From contig VERO01000001.1 of NCBI GenBank assembly GCA_018882625.1, positions 1 through 36,401 on the forward strand: DNA of 36,401 nt, given 5' to 3'. The notes under the pieces were generated by a model that did no database searches, had not been told where the DNA came from, and saw only the letters and a program-made list of their open reading frames with translations. A program made the translations under genes and the position numbers. Shown here piece by piece: positions 9,781-18,025 of the stretch. This stretch comes from Phycisphaerales bacterium (GTDB lineage: Bacteria; Planctomycetota; Phycisphaerae; Phycisphaerales; SM1A02). The first letter of the stretch is position 1; each line of letters opens with the position of its first letter.

Positions 9781-10242
9781 TCAGCCGCGCTTCTCGACGG
9801 CGGTCCGCATCCCGTCAAAGCCCTGCTTGATCACCTGATCCGCCGCCGCGCGGATGATGGTTGTCCCCACGGCCGCGACGAGCCCGCTCATCTTCTGGAT
9901 CGTGGCGGTCCACTTGAGGTCGCACGCGCCGCCCTCGGCAGGGGCGAGGTCCATCTCCGCCTTCACGGTGAACGCGGTGCCGATGCCGCTCGCGTCCACC
10001 TGCATCACGATGCGCGTGCCGGGCACGCGCTCGATGATCGTGAACGTCTGCTTCAGCGTGGTGCGGATGAAGCTGAACCCGGGACGCACCGAGCACTTGA
10101 TGGCGCTGTCGCCGACGCGCTCGCTTGACACAAGCCCGGGCACGATCTTGACGAGCTCATCGAGGTTGGTGACGAACGCATAGACGGCGTCTGGAGATGC
10201 GGCGAGACGCTCGGTGCCGGAGAAGGGCTCGTAGGTGGCCAT
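9781..10242 (-). CDS. SRPBCC-superfamily protein, CoxG-like (hydrophobic ligand-binding fold)
   Basis: 153 aa. The N-terminus and the pattern (VYAFVTNLDELVKIVPG ... FIRTTLKQTFTI ... IIRAAADQVIKQGF) match CoxG / carbon monoxide dehydrogenase subunit G-type SRPBCC proteins. Confidence 0.75.
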   Translation of the reverse strand: MATYEPFSGTERLAASPDAVYAFVTNLDELVKIVPGLVSSERVGDSAIKCSVRPGFSFIRTTLKQTFTIIERVPGTRIVMQVDASGIGTAFTVKAEMDLAPAEGGACDLKWTATIQKMSGLVAAVGTTIIRAAADQVIKQGFDGMRTAVEKRG

Positions 10243-10324
10243 AGGGTCGCGGAGTCTAGGGGCTTGCGCCGCGGACGCGGCGGACGCGAGTCAGGCTGGA
10301 TGCTGCCGCACCTAGCATCACGCC

Positions 10325-11053
10325 GTGGCCGCAATGCTCGAGTCCCGACAGCTGGTTCCGGAGCGCATGGACGATCCGGCGCTGCCGGCGCACGATCATG
10401 ACCGCGCGCTGGCAGACCTGGCGCGCCTGAACTCGCTCGCGCGGAGCGCCGCAATCCTGTGGCCCGGCGTGCGTGCCGAGCTGCAGCGCGCCGCATCGCA
10501 GGGCCGCATCGCCACAGTGCTCGATGTGGCGACGGGATCGGGCGACATCCCTGTGACGCTCGGCCGATGGGCCCGCCGCGAGGGGATGCAGGCCCGTTGG
10601 ATCGGCGTCGACGCGAGCGCGCACGCGCTGGCGCGGGCTGCAGACCGGGCAGGCCGCGAGGGGATCGAGCTCGAGCTGCATGAGGCGGATGCCACGCGAT
10701 CGCTTCCCGTTCGCGCCGACGTGGTCATCAGCAGCCTGTTCCTGCACCATCTCGATCAGGCGCACGCTGTTGATGCGCTGCGCGCGATGTCCGCTGCGGC
10801 GCAGTCGACGCTTCTCGTCAGCGACCTGCGACGGAGCGCACCGGGGCTCGCGCTCGCGTGGACGGCATCGCGTGTGCTCAGCCGGTCGCCCGTGGTGCAC
10901 TTCGACGCGGTGGCGTCGGTGCGCGGCGCGTTCAGCGTGCGCGAGCTGCGCGGCCTTGCGGAGGCCGCAGGGTTGCATGGCGCGACGGTCCGTCATGCGT
11001 GGCCGCAGCGCATGCTGCTGCGGTGGTCGCCGGGCGATGGGAGCCGGTCATGA
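10325..11053 (+). CDS. SAM-dependent methyltransferase, first gene of the type III PKS operon
   Basis: Motif I VLDVATGSGDIP, then WIGVDAS, and an acidic loop SSLFLHHL. Start is GTG 10325 or ATG 10334. The TGA stop overlaps the next ATG (ATGA at 11050-11053). Confidence 0.8.
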   Translation: MAAMLESRQLVPERMDDPALPAHDHDRALADLARLNSLARSAAILWPGVRAELQRAASQGRIATVLDVATGSGDIPVTLGRWARREGMQARWIGVDASAHALARAADRAGREGIELELHEADATRSLPVRADVVISSLFLHHLDQAHAVDALRAMSAAAQSTLLVSDLRRSAPGLALAWTASRVLSRSPVVHFDAVASVRGAFSVRELRGLAEAAGLHGATVRHAWPQRMLLRWSPGDGSRS

Positions 11054-12216
11054 GCGCGCTCGCCGCGACGCCACAGGATCCAGCGCCCCGCGTGCCGACC
11101 GTCGAGCGGGCCGATGCCGTCGTGATCGGCGGCGGACCCGCAGGCAGCGTGACTGCGGCGCTGCTGGCCCGGCAGGGGATGCGCACTGTCCTGCTCGAGC
11201 GCGAGCGGTTCCCGCGCCACAAGGTGTGCGGATGCTGCCTCGGGCCGCGCGGCGTGGCGGCGCTCGCACGCGCGCAGCTCGGCGACGCCATAGAAGGATC
11301 GCACGCGCTCGAATCCGTCTCGCTGGCGCACAGCACGCGCTGGATGTCGCTGCCGCTGTTCGGCACGCGCGTGATGGGCCGCGACGTGATGGACTCTCGG
11401 CTCGCCAGCAGTGCCGCACGGGAGGGATGCGACGTCCGGATGGGCATGCGCGCGGCGGTAGTGGATGCGGGGGGCGGGCGCGGTCCCGCGCAGGTCTCTG
11501 TCTCTGAGGCAGGCCATTCGCAGTCGCGCACGATCCTCGCCCGGATCGTGGTCTGCGCCGACGGCATCGGCGGCACATCACTGTCGCCGCTATGCGGCAC
11601 TGCATCGTGGGCAGTGGAGCCCCACTCGAGGTTCGGGGTCGCGGCCACGCTGCCGGCTGGCACGCTCGGCGTCCCTGCAGGCCAGCTCTGGATGATGTCG
11701 CACGCCGATGGATATGTCGGTGCGGTGAGGCTTCCCTCAGGTGACGTCGATGTCGCTGCGGCGCTCGACCCCGCAGCCGCACGGCGCACCGGCGGACCGG
11801 GCGCACTCATCGCCGCGGTGGTCGCCGGATGTGGCCGCCTGCTTGCGGACGCCGCCGCGCACCGGTGGAAAGGCACGCCTGCGCTCACCCGGCGCCGCGC
11901 ATGGGTCGCGCGGGACCGGGTCATCTGCGTCGGCGACGCCGCGGGCTACGTCGAGCCGTTCACGGGCGAGGGCATGAGCTGGGCGATCGAAGGCGCGGTC
12001 GTCGCGGCGCGCATCGCGCCCGCTGTCATGGCGTCCGGGGATGCCACACCGTGGTCACTCGCACTTGCAGATGCCATCGGTGCCCACCAGCGCCGGTGCC
12101 GCCGGGTTGCCGCCATGCTGAGATATCCGCGCGCCACGATGTGCGCACTGCGGGCAGCATCGCGTGTCCCGGGCATGCGCCGCCGCCTTGGTGCGATCGC
12201 GACGGGCGCGTCATGA
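11050..12216 (+). CDS. FAD-dependent oxidoreductase (geranylgeranyl reductase / flavin monooxygenase-like)
   Basis: Dinucleotide fold DAVVIGGGPAGSVTAALLARQGMRTVLLER near the N-terminus, and a GD motif VICVGDAAGYVEPFTGEGM. Start ATG at 11050 overlaps the upstream stop, and the stop overlaps the next ATG at 12213-12216. The track ORF start at 10858 is read-through. Confidence 0.85.
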   Translation: MSALAATPQDPAPRVPTVERADAVVIGGGPAGSVTAALLARQGMRTVLLERERFPRHKVCGCCLGPRGVAALARAQLGDAIEGSHALESVSLAHSTRWMSLPLFGTRVMGRDVMDSRLASSAAREGCDVRMGMRAAVVDAGGGRGPAQVSVSEAGHSQSRTILARIVVCADGIGGTSLSPLCGTASWAVEPHSRFGVAATLPAGTLGVPAGQLWMMSHADGYVGAVRLPSGDVDVAAALDPAAARRTGGPGALIAAVVAGCGRLLADAAAHRWKGTPALTRRRAWVARDRVICVGDAAGYVEPFTGEGMSWAIEGAVVAARIAPAVMASGDATPWSLALADAIGAHQRRCRRVAAMLRYPRATMCALRAASRVPGMRRRLGAIATGAS

Positions 12217-13394
12217 GCGGGCAGCACGGCATCGGGATGGATGCGGCGACGCGCGGACACACGCGTCCGCGCCCTGGCCGCGTGGGCTCCCGTGCCCCTG
12301 CGATCCGCTCCATCGGCACGGCGGTTCCCGAACGGTCCCTCTCCGCGGCGCGGTCCCTTGAGGTGGCGCGCGCGCTCACGCCCGAGGAGGTGCCGGTGTC
12401 GCTCCTGCGCCGCCTGCACGAGCGTTCGGGCATCGAGGCGCGAGGATGCGCGGTGCTTGCCCACGACGGATCGGTGCCGATCTACGGCGTGGCCGCAGCG
12501 GATGTGGCCGTGGCCACGAGCCCAGGCACGGCGGACCGCATGCAGGCCTATATGGAGGCGGCCGAGACCATGGCGATCGATGCGTCACGCCGCGCACTCG
12601 CGCACGCGCAGGTTGACGCATCGCGCATCACCCACCTCGTGACGGCATCGTGCACCGGATTCGCGGCCCCTGGTGTCGACCAGTCGATCATCGGTGCGCT
12701 TGGCCTCGGGGCCCACGTGCGGCGCACGCACATTGGCTTCATGGGATGCCATGCCGCAGTCAACGCGCTGGCGGTCGCCTCCGCCTTCGCGGCCGCTGAC
12801 CGCGACGCGTGCGTGCTGCTGGCGTGTGCCGAGGTGTGCACGGTTCACTTCCAGGCGAGCGCGCGGGTGGACCGGGTGGTCGCCAACACGCTGTTCGCCG
12901 ACGGCGCCGCAGCCGCAGTCGTATCCGCCGCGCCAGCCGATGACGATGGCGGAGTGCAGGGCCCCTTCGGTTGCCCTGCGGTGGCGCGCTGCGCATCGGC
13001 GATCATCCCCGACTCCGTGGGCTCGATGGCGTGGCACATCGGTGACCATGGGTTCGAGATGACGCTCGGCGCTGACGTGCCCGACCGCATTGCAGCGGCG
13101 CTCCCGGCATGGGTGGATCGCGAGCTGGCCGCGCTGGGCATGGCGCGCCACGAGGTGGGCGGATGGGCGATCCATCCGGGGGGTCCGCGCGTCATCGATG
13201 CCGTCATCGCGTCGCTTGGGCTTCCGGCGGCCGCCGGCGACGCATCGCGCGCCGTGCTCCGCCGGCACGGCAACATGTCCTCCGCCACGCTCCTCTTCAT
13301 CATGGATGAGATGCGCCGCGCTGGAGCGCCGCGGCCGTGGATCGGCCTCGCATTCGGCCCGGGTCTCGCGGGCGAGATGGTGATCCTCGCGTGA
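12213..13394 (+). CDS. Type III polyketide synthase (chalcone/stilbene synthase superfamily)
   Basis: Cys-His-Asn triad in conserved contexts: VTASCTGF (Cys codon 12651-12653), WAIHPGGPRV (His 13173-13175) and HGNMSSATLLF (Asn 13272-13274). The His-Asn spacing is 33 residues, as in chalcone synthases. The C-terminal GFGPGL-type motif is AFGPGLAGE. Confidence 0.93.
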   Translation: MSGQHGIGMDAATRGHTRPRPGRVGSRAPAIRSIGTAVPERSLSAARSLEVARALTPEEVPVSLLRRLHERSGIEARGCAVLAHDGSVPIYGVAAADVAVATSPGTADRMQAYMEAAETMAIDASRRALAHAQVDASRITHLVTASCTGFAAPGVDQSIIGALGLGAHVRRTHIGFMGCHAAVNALAVASAFAAADRDACVLLACAEVCTVHFQASARVDRVVANTLFADGAAAAVVSAAPADDDGGVQGPFGCPAVARCASAIIPDSVGSMAWHIGDHGFEMTLGADVPDRIAAALPAWVDRELAALGMARHEVGGWAIHPGGPRVIDAVIASLGLPAAAGDASRAVLRRHGNMSSATLLFIMDEMRRAGAPRPWIGLAFGPGLAGEMVILA

Positions 13395-14242
13395 GCAGCC
13401 CGCCTGCGACGGTGCACGGCGCGCCAACGCTTGAGGTGCCAGTCGACTCGATCGATGCCGTGGAGGTGGCGGCGCCACTGGCCGACCGCATCGAGCTCTG
13501 CGACGACCTCGCGACCGAAGGTTGGACGCCGGCCGCCGCACTGGTGCGCGCCGCGCGCGCCGTCAGCGATGCGCAGCCTGCGGGTCACCGCCCACGCATC
13601 ATCGCGATGATCCGGCCGCGGCTTCCCGGGTCCACCCTGTCGCTCGATGCCGCAGCGTTCGCCGCCACCGACCGGATCATGGCCGCGTCGATGCGCGAGA
13701 TCGCGGCGTGCATCGACGCCGGTGCGCACGAGATCGCGATCGGGTTGCTGGACGCGCATGGCCGCATCGATGTCGCCGCCTGCGCACGGTTGCGCGACGC
13801 TGCGCTCTCCCGCGGCGTCCCGGTGGCGTTCCTGCGCGTCTTCGACCTGCTCAAGGACCGTGCGCAGGGCTGGCATGACATGGCGCGGCTGGGCATCGGC
13901 CGCGTGCTCACGGCGGGGGTGCTCGGATGGGATGCAGGCATTGCGGCAGTCGATGCGCGCGCTCGGGTCATCGCTGAGGACGCTGCATGCGCTGCCGCGG
14001 CATTCGCGTCGGGCGGCATCCGGGATTCGGCTCCTGCGGTTTCGCGTCAAGGCCTCGCACCTCACGCGCACGTTGCGGACCACCCGGTCGCCATCGCGGC
14101 GGGCGGCGGAGTGCGTGCCTCCAACTCAGCCGAGTTCCTCTGCGTGACTCGCCACCTCCATGCATCCTGCAGGGTCGGTGGGCGCATCAGCGCCGCCGAG
14201 CTGGCCGCGCTTCAGGCGTGCATTCACGGCAGCAGGGGCTGA
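13391..14242 (+). CDS. cutC: CutC-family protein (TIM-barrel, 'copper homeostasis protein CutC' family)
   Basis: Blocks collinear with CutC: LEVPVDSIDAVEVAAPLADRIELCDDL..GWTP, IIAMIRPR, FLRVFDLL, LGIGRVLTAG and IAAGGGVRASN. GTG start at 13391 overlaps the PKS stop (GTGA at 13391-13394). Confidence 0.7.
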   Translation: MSSPPATVHGAPTLEVPVDSIDAVEVAAPLADRIELCDDLATEGWTPAAALVRAARAVSDAQPAGHRPRIIAMIRPRLPGSTLSLDAAAFAATDRIMAASMREIAACIDAGAHEIAIGLLDAHGRIDVAACARLRDAALSRGVPVAFLRVFDLLKDRAQGWHDMARLGIGRVLTAGVLGWDAGIAAVDARARVIAEDAACAAAAFASGGIRDSAPAVSRQGLAPHAHVADHPVAIAAGGGVRASNSAEFLCVTRHLHASCRVGGRISAAELAALQACIHGSRG

Positions 14243-14265
14243 CCCGATTGCCGTAGCCTTGCCGC

Positions 14266-15390
14266 GTGCCCCGCGACAATGCCATCGATCCTCCTGACAC
14301 GCCGGCCCATGGCCGCGTCTACAACTTCTCCGCAGGTCCCGCATGCATGCCCGAGAGCGTGCTCGTGCAGCTGCAGGGCGAGATGCTCAACCTCTTCGGC
14401 ACGGGCATAGGACTCCTCGAGCACAGCCACCGCGGCGCCGCGTACGACCGGCTGCTCGACGAGGCGCTTCACGCCGTGCGCGCATGCGCCGGCGTGGGGC
14501 CCGAATGGGAGATCCTCTTCATGCCGGGCGGCTCGATGCAGCACTTCCCGCTGCTGGCCATGAACTTCGTGCCCACCGGCGGCAGCGCGGCGTTCCTGGA
14601 CACCGGTCTCTGGGCGCACAAGGGCGCTGCGGAGACGTCTCGCGTCTGCACCGTGCGGACGCTCTTCGATGGCACGAAGGTCCGCTACGCGCATGTGCCC
14701 GAGGCGCGCGAGATCGCCGATCCAGGCGACGCGGCCTACCTCTGCTACTGCTCGAACAACACCGTCGAGGGCACCCAGTTCCGTGCGCCGCCGCGCACCG
14801 CTGTGCCGCTCTTCTGCGACGCGACCAGCGACATCTTCTCGCGCGACCTCGACTGGGATGCGCACGAGCTCGTCTTCGCCAGCGGCCAGAAGAACCTCGG
14901 CGCGTCGGGCATCTGCGTCGTCTTTGCGCGCACCTCGCTGCTGGCGCGCGCGAACGCGTCGCTGTCGCCCATGCTCAGCTACGCGCATTTCGCCAAGACC
15001 CAGTCGAGGCCCAACACCCCGCCCACGTTCGGAGTGCGCGTGATCGGCCTGATGGCCAAGTGGACCCTTGACCATGGCGGGACGGCAGCCTTCGCGCGCC
15101 GCGCTGCCGAGCGCTCGGCGATCGTGTACGCGGCGATCGACCGCAGCGGGGGCTTCTACCGCGGCTCCTCCGAGGCTGGCTGCCGCAGCACCACGGCCAT
15201 CAGCTTCCAGCTCCCAAGCGACGCGCTCGTCGACGCCTTCGTGAGCGAGTCCGAGTTGCAGGGACTCCACGGGCTGCGCGGTCACCGCGAGTGGGGTGGC
15301 ATCCGCGCCTGCCTCTACAACGCGTTCCCGTCGCAGGGCTGCACGCTGCTCGCATCCTTCATGGACGACTTCGCGCGGCGTCGCGGCTGA
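14266..15390 (+). CDS. serC: Phosphoserine aminotransferase (3-phosphoserine/phosphohydroxythreonine transaminase)
   Basis: The N-terminal hallmark YNFSAGPA, the PLP-lysine context ASGQKNLGASG, and the C-terminal GGIRACLYNA all match SerC. GTG start at 14266. Confidence 0.92.
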   Translation: MPRDNAIDPPDTPAHGRVYNFSAGPACMPESVLVQLQGEMLNLFGTGIGLLEHSHRGAAYDRLLDEALHAVRACAGVGPEWEILFMPGGSMQHFPLLAMNFVPTGGSAAFLDTGLWAHKGAAETSRVCTVRTLFDGTKVRYAHVPEAREIADPGDAAYLCYCSNNTVEGTQFRAPPRTAVPLFCDATSDIFSRDLDWDAHELVFASGQKNLGASGICVVFARTSLLARANASLSPMLSYAHFAKTQSRPNTPPTFGVRVIGLMAKWTLDHGGTAAFARRAAERSAIVYAAIDRSGGFYRGSSEAGCRSTTAISFQLPSDALVDAFVSESELQGLHGLRGHREWGGIRACLYNAFPSQGCTLLASFMDDFARRRG

Positions 15391-15411
15391 CAGGGCGGCA
15401 TCCTCAATCCC

Positions 15412-15831
15412 ATGAAGCACCTCACGGAGCACCTGTGGATGCACGTCAAGGGCCGGCGCGGCTTCGTGCACCTGACGCCGAAGGTGGAGGAGCTCGTGGC
15501 GCGCAGCGGCGTCCAGGAGGGTCTTGTGCTGGTCAACGCCATGCACATCACCGCGAGCGTGTTCATCAATGACCACGAGGAGGGGCTGCTGCACGACTGG
15601 GAGACCTGGCTCGAGCGGCTCGCGCCACACGCGCCCACCAGCCAGTACCGCCACAACCTCACTGGCGAGGACAACGCCGACGCGCACCTCAAGAGGCAGG
15701 TGATGGGCCGCGAGGTGGTGGTCGCGATCACCGGCGGCGCGCTCGACCTGGGTCCCTGGGAGCAGATCTTCTACGGCGAGTTCGACGGCAACCGCCGCAA
15801 GCGCGTGCTGGTGAAGATCATCGGCGAGTGA
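15412..15831 (+). CDS. YjbQ/UPF0047 family protein (secondary thiamine-phosphate synthase-like)
   Basis: 139 aa with family blocks [30 protein letters not shown] and [14 protein letters not shown]. Confidence 0.85.
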   Translation: MKHLTEHLWMHVKGRRGFVHLTPKVEELVARSGVQEGLVLVNAMHITASVFINDHEEGLLHDWETWLERLAPHAPTSQYRHNLTGEDNADAHLKRQVMGREVVVAITGGALDLGPWEQIFYGEFDGNRRKRVLVKIIGE

Positions 15832-15835
15832 GTCG

Positions 15836-17113
15836 ATGGCAGGCACCCCGTCCGCCGTCGTCACCGGCACCAACCCCGGATCCCGTGCAGGGCGCATCGC
15901 CACCGCAGCGACCGCCGCGTATGTGGCGATCCTCGCGCTTGTGACGCTTCTTGCGCTCGACCGCGTCGTCGAAGGCAAGATCAACGACTTCTACGGCTAC
16001 TGGGATGCGGCACGCACGGTGATCGAGGGCCGACCGCTCGGCGAAGCGTGGGGCATCGTGTGGATGCCGCTGCTCACCTACATCATCCTTCCGCTGGGGC
16101 TGATTCCGCTGCTCGCGTCGGCCGCTGCGTGGACGCTGGTCAACGCGCTGCTTGCGGCGTTCCTGTGCCATGTCGCGGCTGCTGCGGCCGTGCGCGCGAG
16201 TGGAGGAGCGCCCGACACGGCCCGTGTGCCGGTCGTGCGCCTGGTTGCCCTGGTGGTGATGCTTCCGCCCATCCGCAATGTGATGTACGAGGGGCAGTTC
16301 GACCTGCTGCTCGCGCTGCTGTGCACACTCGCCATCGCGGGCCTCGCCAGCGGCAGGCGCGTCGGCCCCGCCGCGGGCGTGGTGGCCGCAGCGGTCGTCA
16401 AGTGGTCATCGGTGGCGCTGTTGCCGTGGATGATGGTGCGGCGGCCGCTGTCGGTCCTGTGGGCCGCAGCGTTCGCCGCAGTCGCGGCCTTCGCACCCGC
16501 GCTCATCCTCGGAATCCCGGAGTGCATGGCGCAGCTGCGGCGCGCGCTGTCGGGCCCGGTGGCCGCCACAGCCCCGTACCTCACGATGCCCGACCGCTGG
16601 TCGCTGACCAATGGACTTGGGCGCATCGCCAATGCCATTGGGATCAGCCCCCACGCAGGCCGATGGAGCGCGATCGGCGCATGCGCCGCGCTTGCAGCAC
16701 TGTTCCTGTGGCAGTACCGGTTGCGCGGCGTGCGCTGGTTCGGCACCAAGGCGCGAGCCCATCGCCCCGCCGTCCGCCCATCGACACTGCTTGCCGAGGG
16801 CGCTGCGATGATGGCGCTGCCGCTGGCCATTCACCCGCATGTGGCCACCCGCCACGCGGTCGTCATGGTGCTGCCCGCTGCGATTCTCGCGGCAGCGCTT
16901 GTGGCGCGAGCATCACGATCCTCTGCGCGGCTCGCAGCGGCGGGAATCGCCGTGATGGCCATCACCTGGTACATGCCGTATCCGGTGCGCGGATGGTGGC
17001 AGTGGGCCGGCGGCCCCGCCCTGGCCGTGCTTGCATCGGCGGCGATCGCGCTGTGGACCCAGTTGCCGGCACGCTCGCGCGGCCAGGCCGATGCGGTCGC
17101 GCCGGAGGCCTGA
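15836..17113 (+). CDS. Polytopic membrane protein, GT87/DUF2029-like glycosyltransferase (tentative)
   Basis: About 10 hydrophobic segments. The N-terminal loop NDFYGYWDAARTVIEGRPL resembles the D..Y loop of DUF2029 mannosyltransferase-like proteins. The assignment rests on pattern only. Confidence 0.5.
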   Translation: MAGTPSAVVTGTNPGSRAGRIATAATAAYVAILALVTLLALDRVVEGKINDFYGYWDAARTVIEGRPLGEAWGIVWMPLLTYIILPLGLIPLLASAAAWTLVNALLAAFLCHVAAAAAVRASGGAPDTARVPVVRLVALVVMLPPIRNVMYEGQFDLLLALLCTLAIAGLASGRRVGPAAGVVAAAVVKWSSVALLPWMMVRRPLSVLWAAAFAAVAAFAPALILGIPECMAQLRRALSGPVAATAPYLTMPDRWSLTNGLGRIANAIGISPHAGRWSAIGACAALAALFLWQYRLRGVRWFGTKARAHRPAVRPSTLLAEGAAMMALPLAIHPHVATRHAVVMVLPAAILAAALVARASRSSARLAAAGIAVMAITWYMPYPVRGWWQWAGGPALAVLASAAIALWTQLPARSRGQADAVAPEA

Positions 17114-17118
17114 CGGCT

Positions 17119-17529
17119 TCAGCGCGCGAGCTCGAGCCTCAGCGACTCTCCGTCCACTGCATTCGCAGGCGTCACGTGCACGACCACGGTCGCCCTGCGC
17201 GGTGCGTCAGCGCCGGCGCGGAACAGCAGCTCCCACTCGCCGGCAGCGACCTTTCCCGCAATGCCTGTGCGCTCGGGCGCATCGGTGTCCGTCGCGCGCA
17301 TCCGCCATCCCATCTCAGCGGGAGCGTTGCCGGTTCCGGACGCCCGGTACTTGCGCTCCGGCAGGATCGCGGCACCGTGAATGTCGCGCGATGCCTCCCA
17401 TGCAGATCCGTCTGCGGACAGGCGCCATCCGCCTTGCGGCGGCATCATCCACCACCTCACGAGGAACGCGGAGCACATCGCCACAGCGATGGCCCCGCCA
17501 ATCAGCATGCCCTTGCCGCGAGCAGTCAT
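17119..17529 (-). CDS. Hypothetical membrane-anchored protein
   Basis: The 136-aa product starts MTARGKGMLIGGAIAVAMCSAFLV, a single N-terminal transmembrane segment, followed by a soluble domain. This is the C-terminal part of the 421-aa track ORF; the upstream extension overlaps the OsmC gene and is rejected. Confidence 0.45.
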   Translation of the reverse strand: MTARGKGMLIGGAIAVAMCSAFLVRWWMMPPQGGWRLSADGSAWEASRDIHGAAILPERKYRASGTGNAPAEMGWRMRATDTDAPERTGIAGKVAAGEWELLFRAGADAPRRATVVVHVTPANAVDGESLRLELAR

Positions 17530-17607
17530 CTGCGGCAGGGTAATCCTGATAATGTCCCGAAGCTGCAGCGCCCCCGCAGGCGCTGGTGCAGAAGGAGACG
17601 CCCGCCC

Positions 17608-18018
17608 ATGGTCGAAGTCACTGTCCGCTACGAAGGCAACCTGCGCTGCAGCGCCACCCATGGGCCGTCGGGCACCGTCATTCTCACCGATGCCCCTGTC
17701 GACAACCACGGCAAGGGAGAGGCGTTTTCGCCCACCGACCTCCTTGCCGCGGCGCTGCCGTCGTGCATGATGACGATCATGGGGATCGTCGCGCAGCGTC
17801 ACGGCATCGCGCTCGAGGGCATGACGGCCACGACGCGCAAGGAGATGACCACCGAAGGTCCTCGGCGCATCAGGCGTCTCGTCACCACGATCCGCGTGCC
17901 TCTTCTGCCGACGCATCCTCACCGCGAGGCGCTCGAGCGCGCTGCGCACACCTGTCCCGTGCACAAGAGCCTCGGAGCCGAGGTTGACATGCCCGTCGAG
18001 TTCGTGTGGGCGGGGTAG
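17608..18018 (+). CDS. OsmC family protein (peroxiredoxin-like)
   Basis: 136 aa with two conserved Cys contexts (LLAAALPSCMM and AHTCPVHKSL) typical of OsmC/Ohr. The ATG at 17608 is preceded by GAAGGAGAC. The track ORF from 16048 is read-through across the GT87-like gene in another frame. Confidence 0.85.
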   Translation: MVEVTVRYEGNLRCSATHGPSGTVILTDAPVDNHGKGEAFSPTDLLAAALPSCMMTIMGIVAQRHGIALEGMTATTRKEMTTEGPRRIRRLVTTIRVPLLPTHPHREALERAAHTCPVHKSLGAEVDMPVEFVWAG

Positions 18019-18025
18019 GGGACGC

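Noticed and set aside
7851-9818. A 655-aa minus-strand ORF antisense to the acyl-CoA dehydrogenase. Similar long antisense or off-frame ORFs occur at 14224..15984, 12845..14083, 28028..29032, 29854..30894, 6573..7538 and 5286..6512.
   Set aside because: Their translations are low-complexity and Arg/Ala/Gly/His-rich, with no motifs. They lie opposite genes with unmistakable family signatures (ACAD, SerC, T3PKS/CutC, GH18 and others). Long spurious ORFs are expected in DNA this GC-rich because stop codons are rare.
13391-14242. A functional copper link between the CutC-family gene and the MopE-type ('Cu-binding') repeats of the giant protein.
   Set aside because: The link is only a coincidence of family names. 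The genes are 17 kb apart in different operons. The CutC copper role is itself poorly supported, and the DxDxDGYG loops look more like Ca sites.
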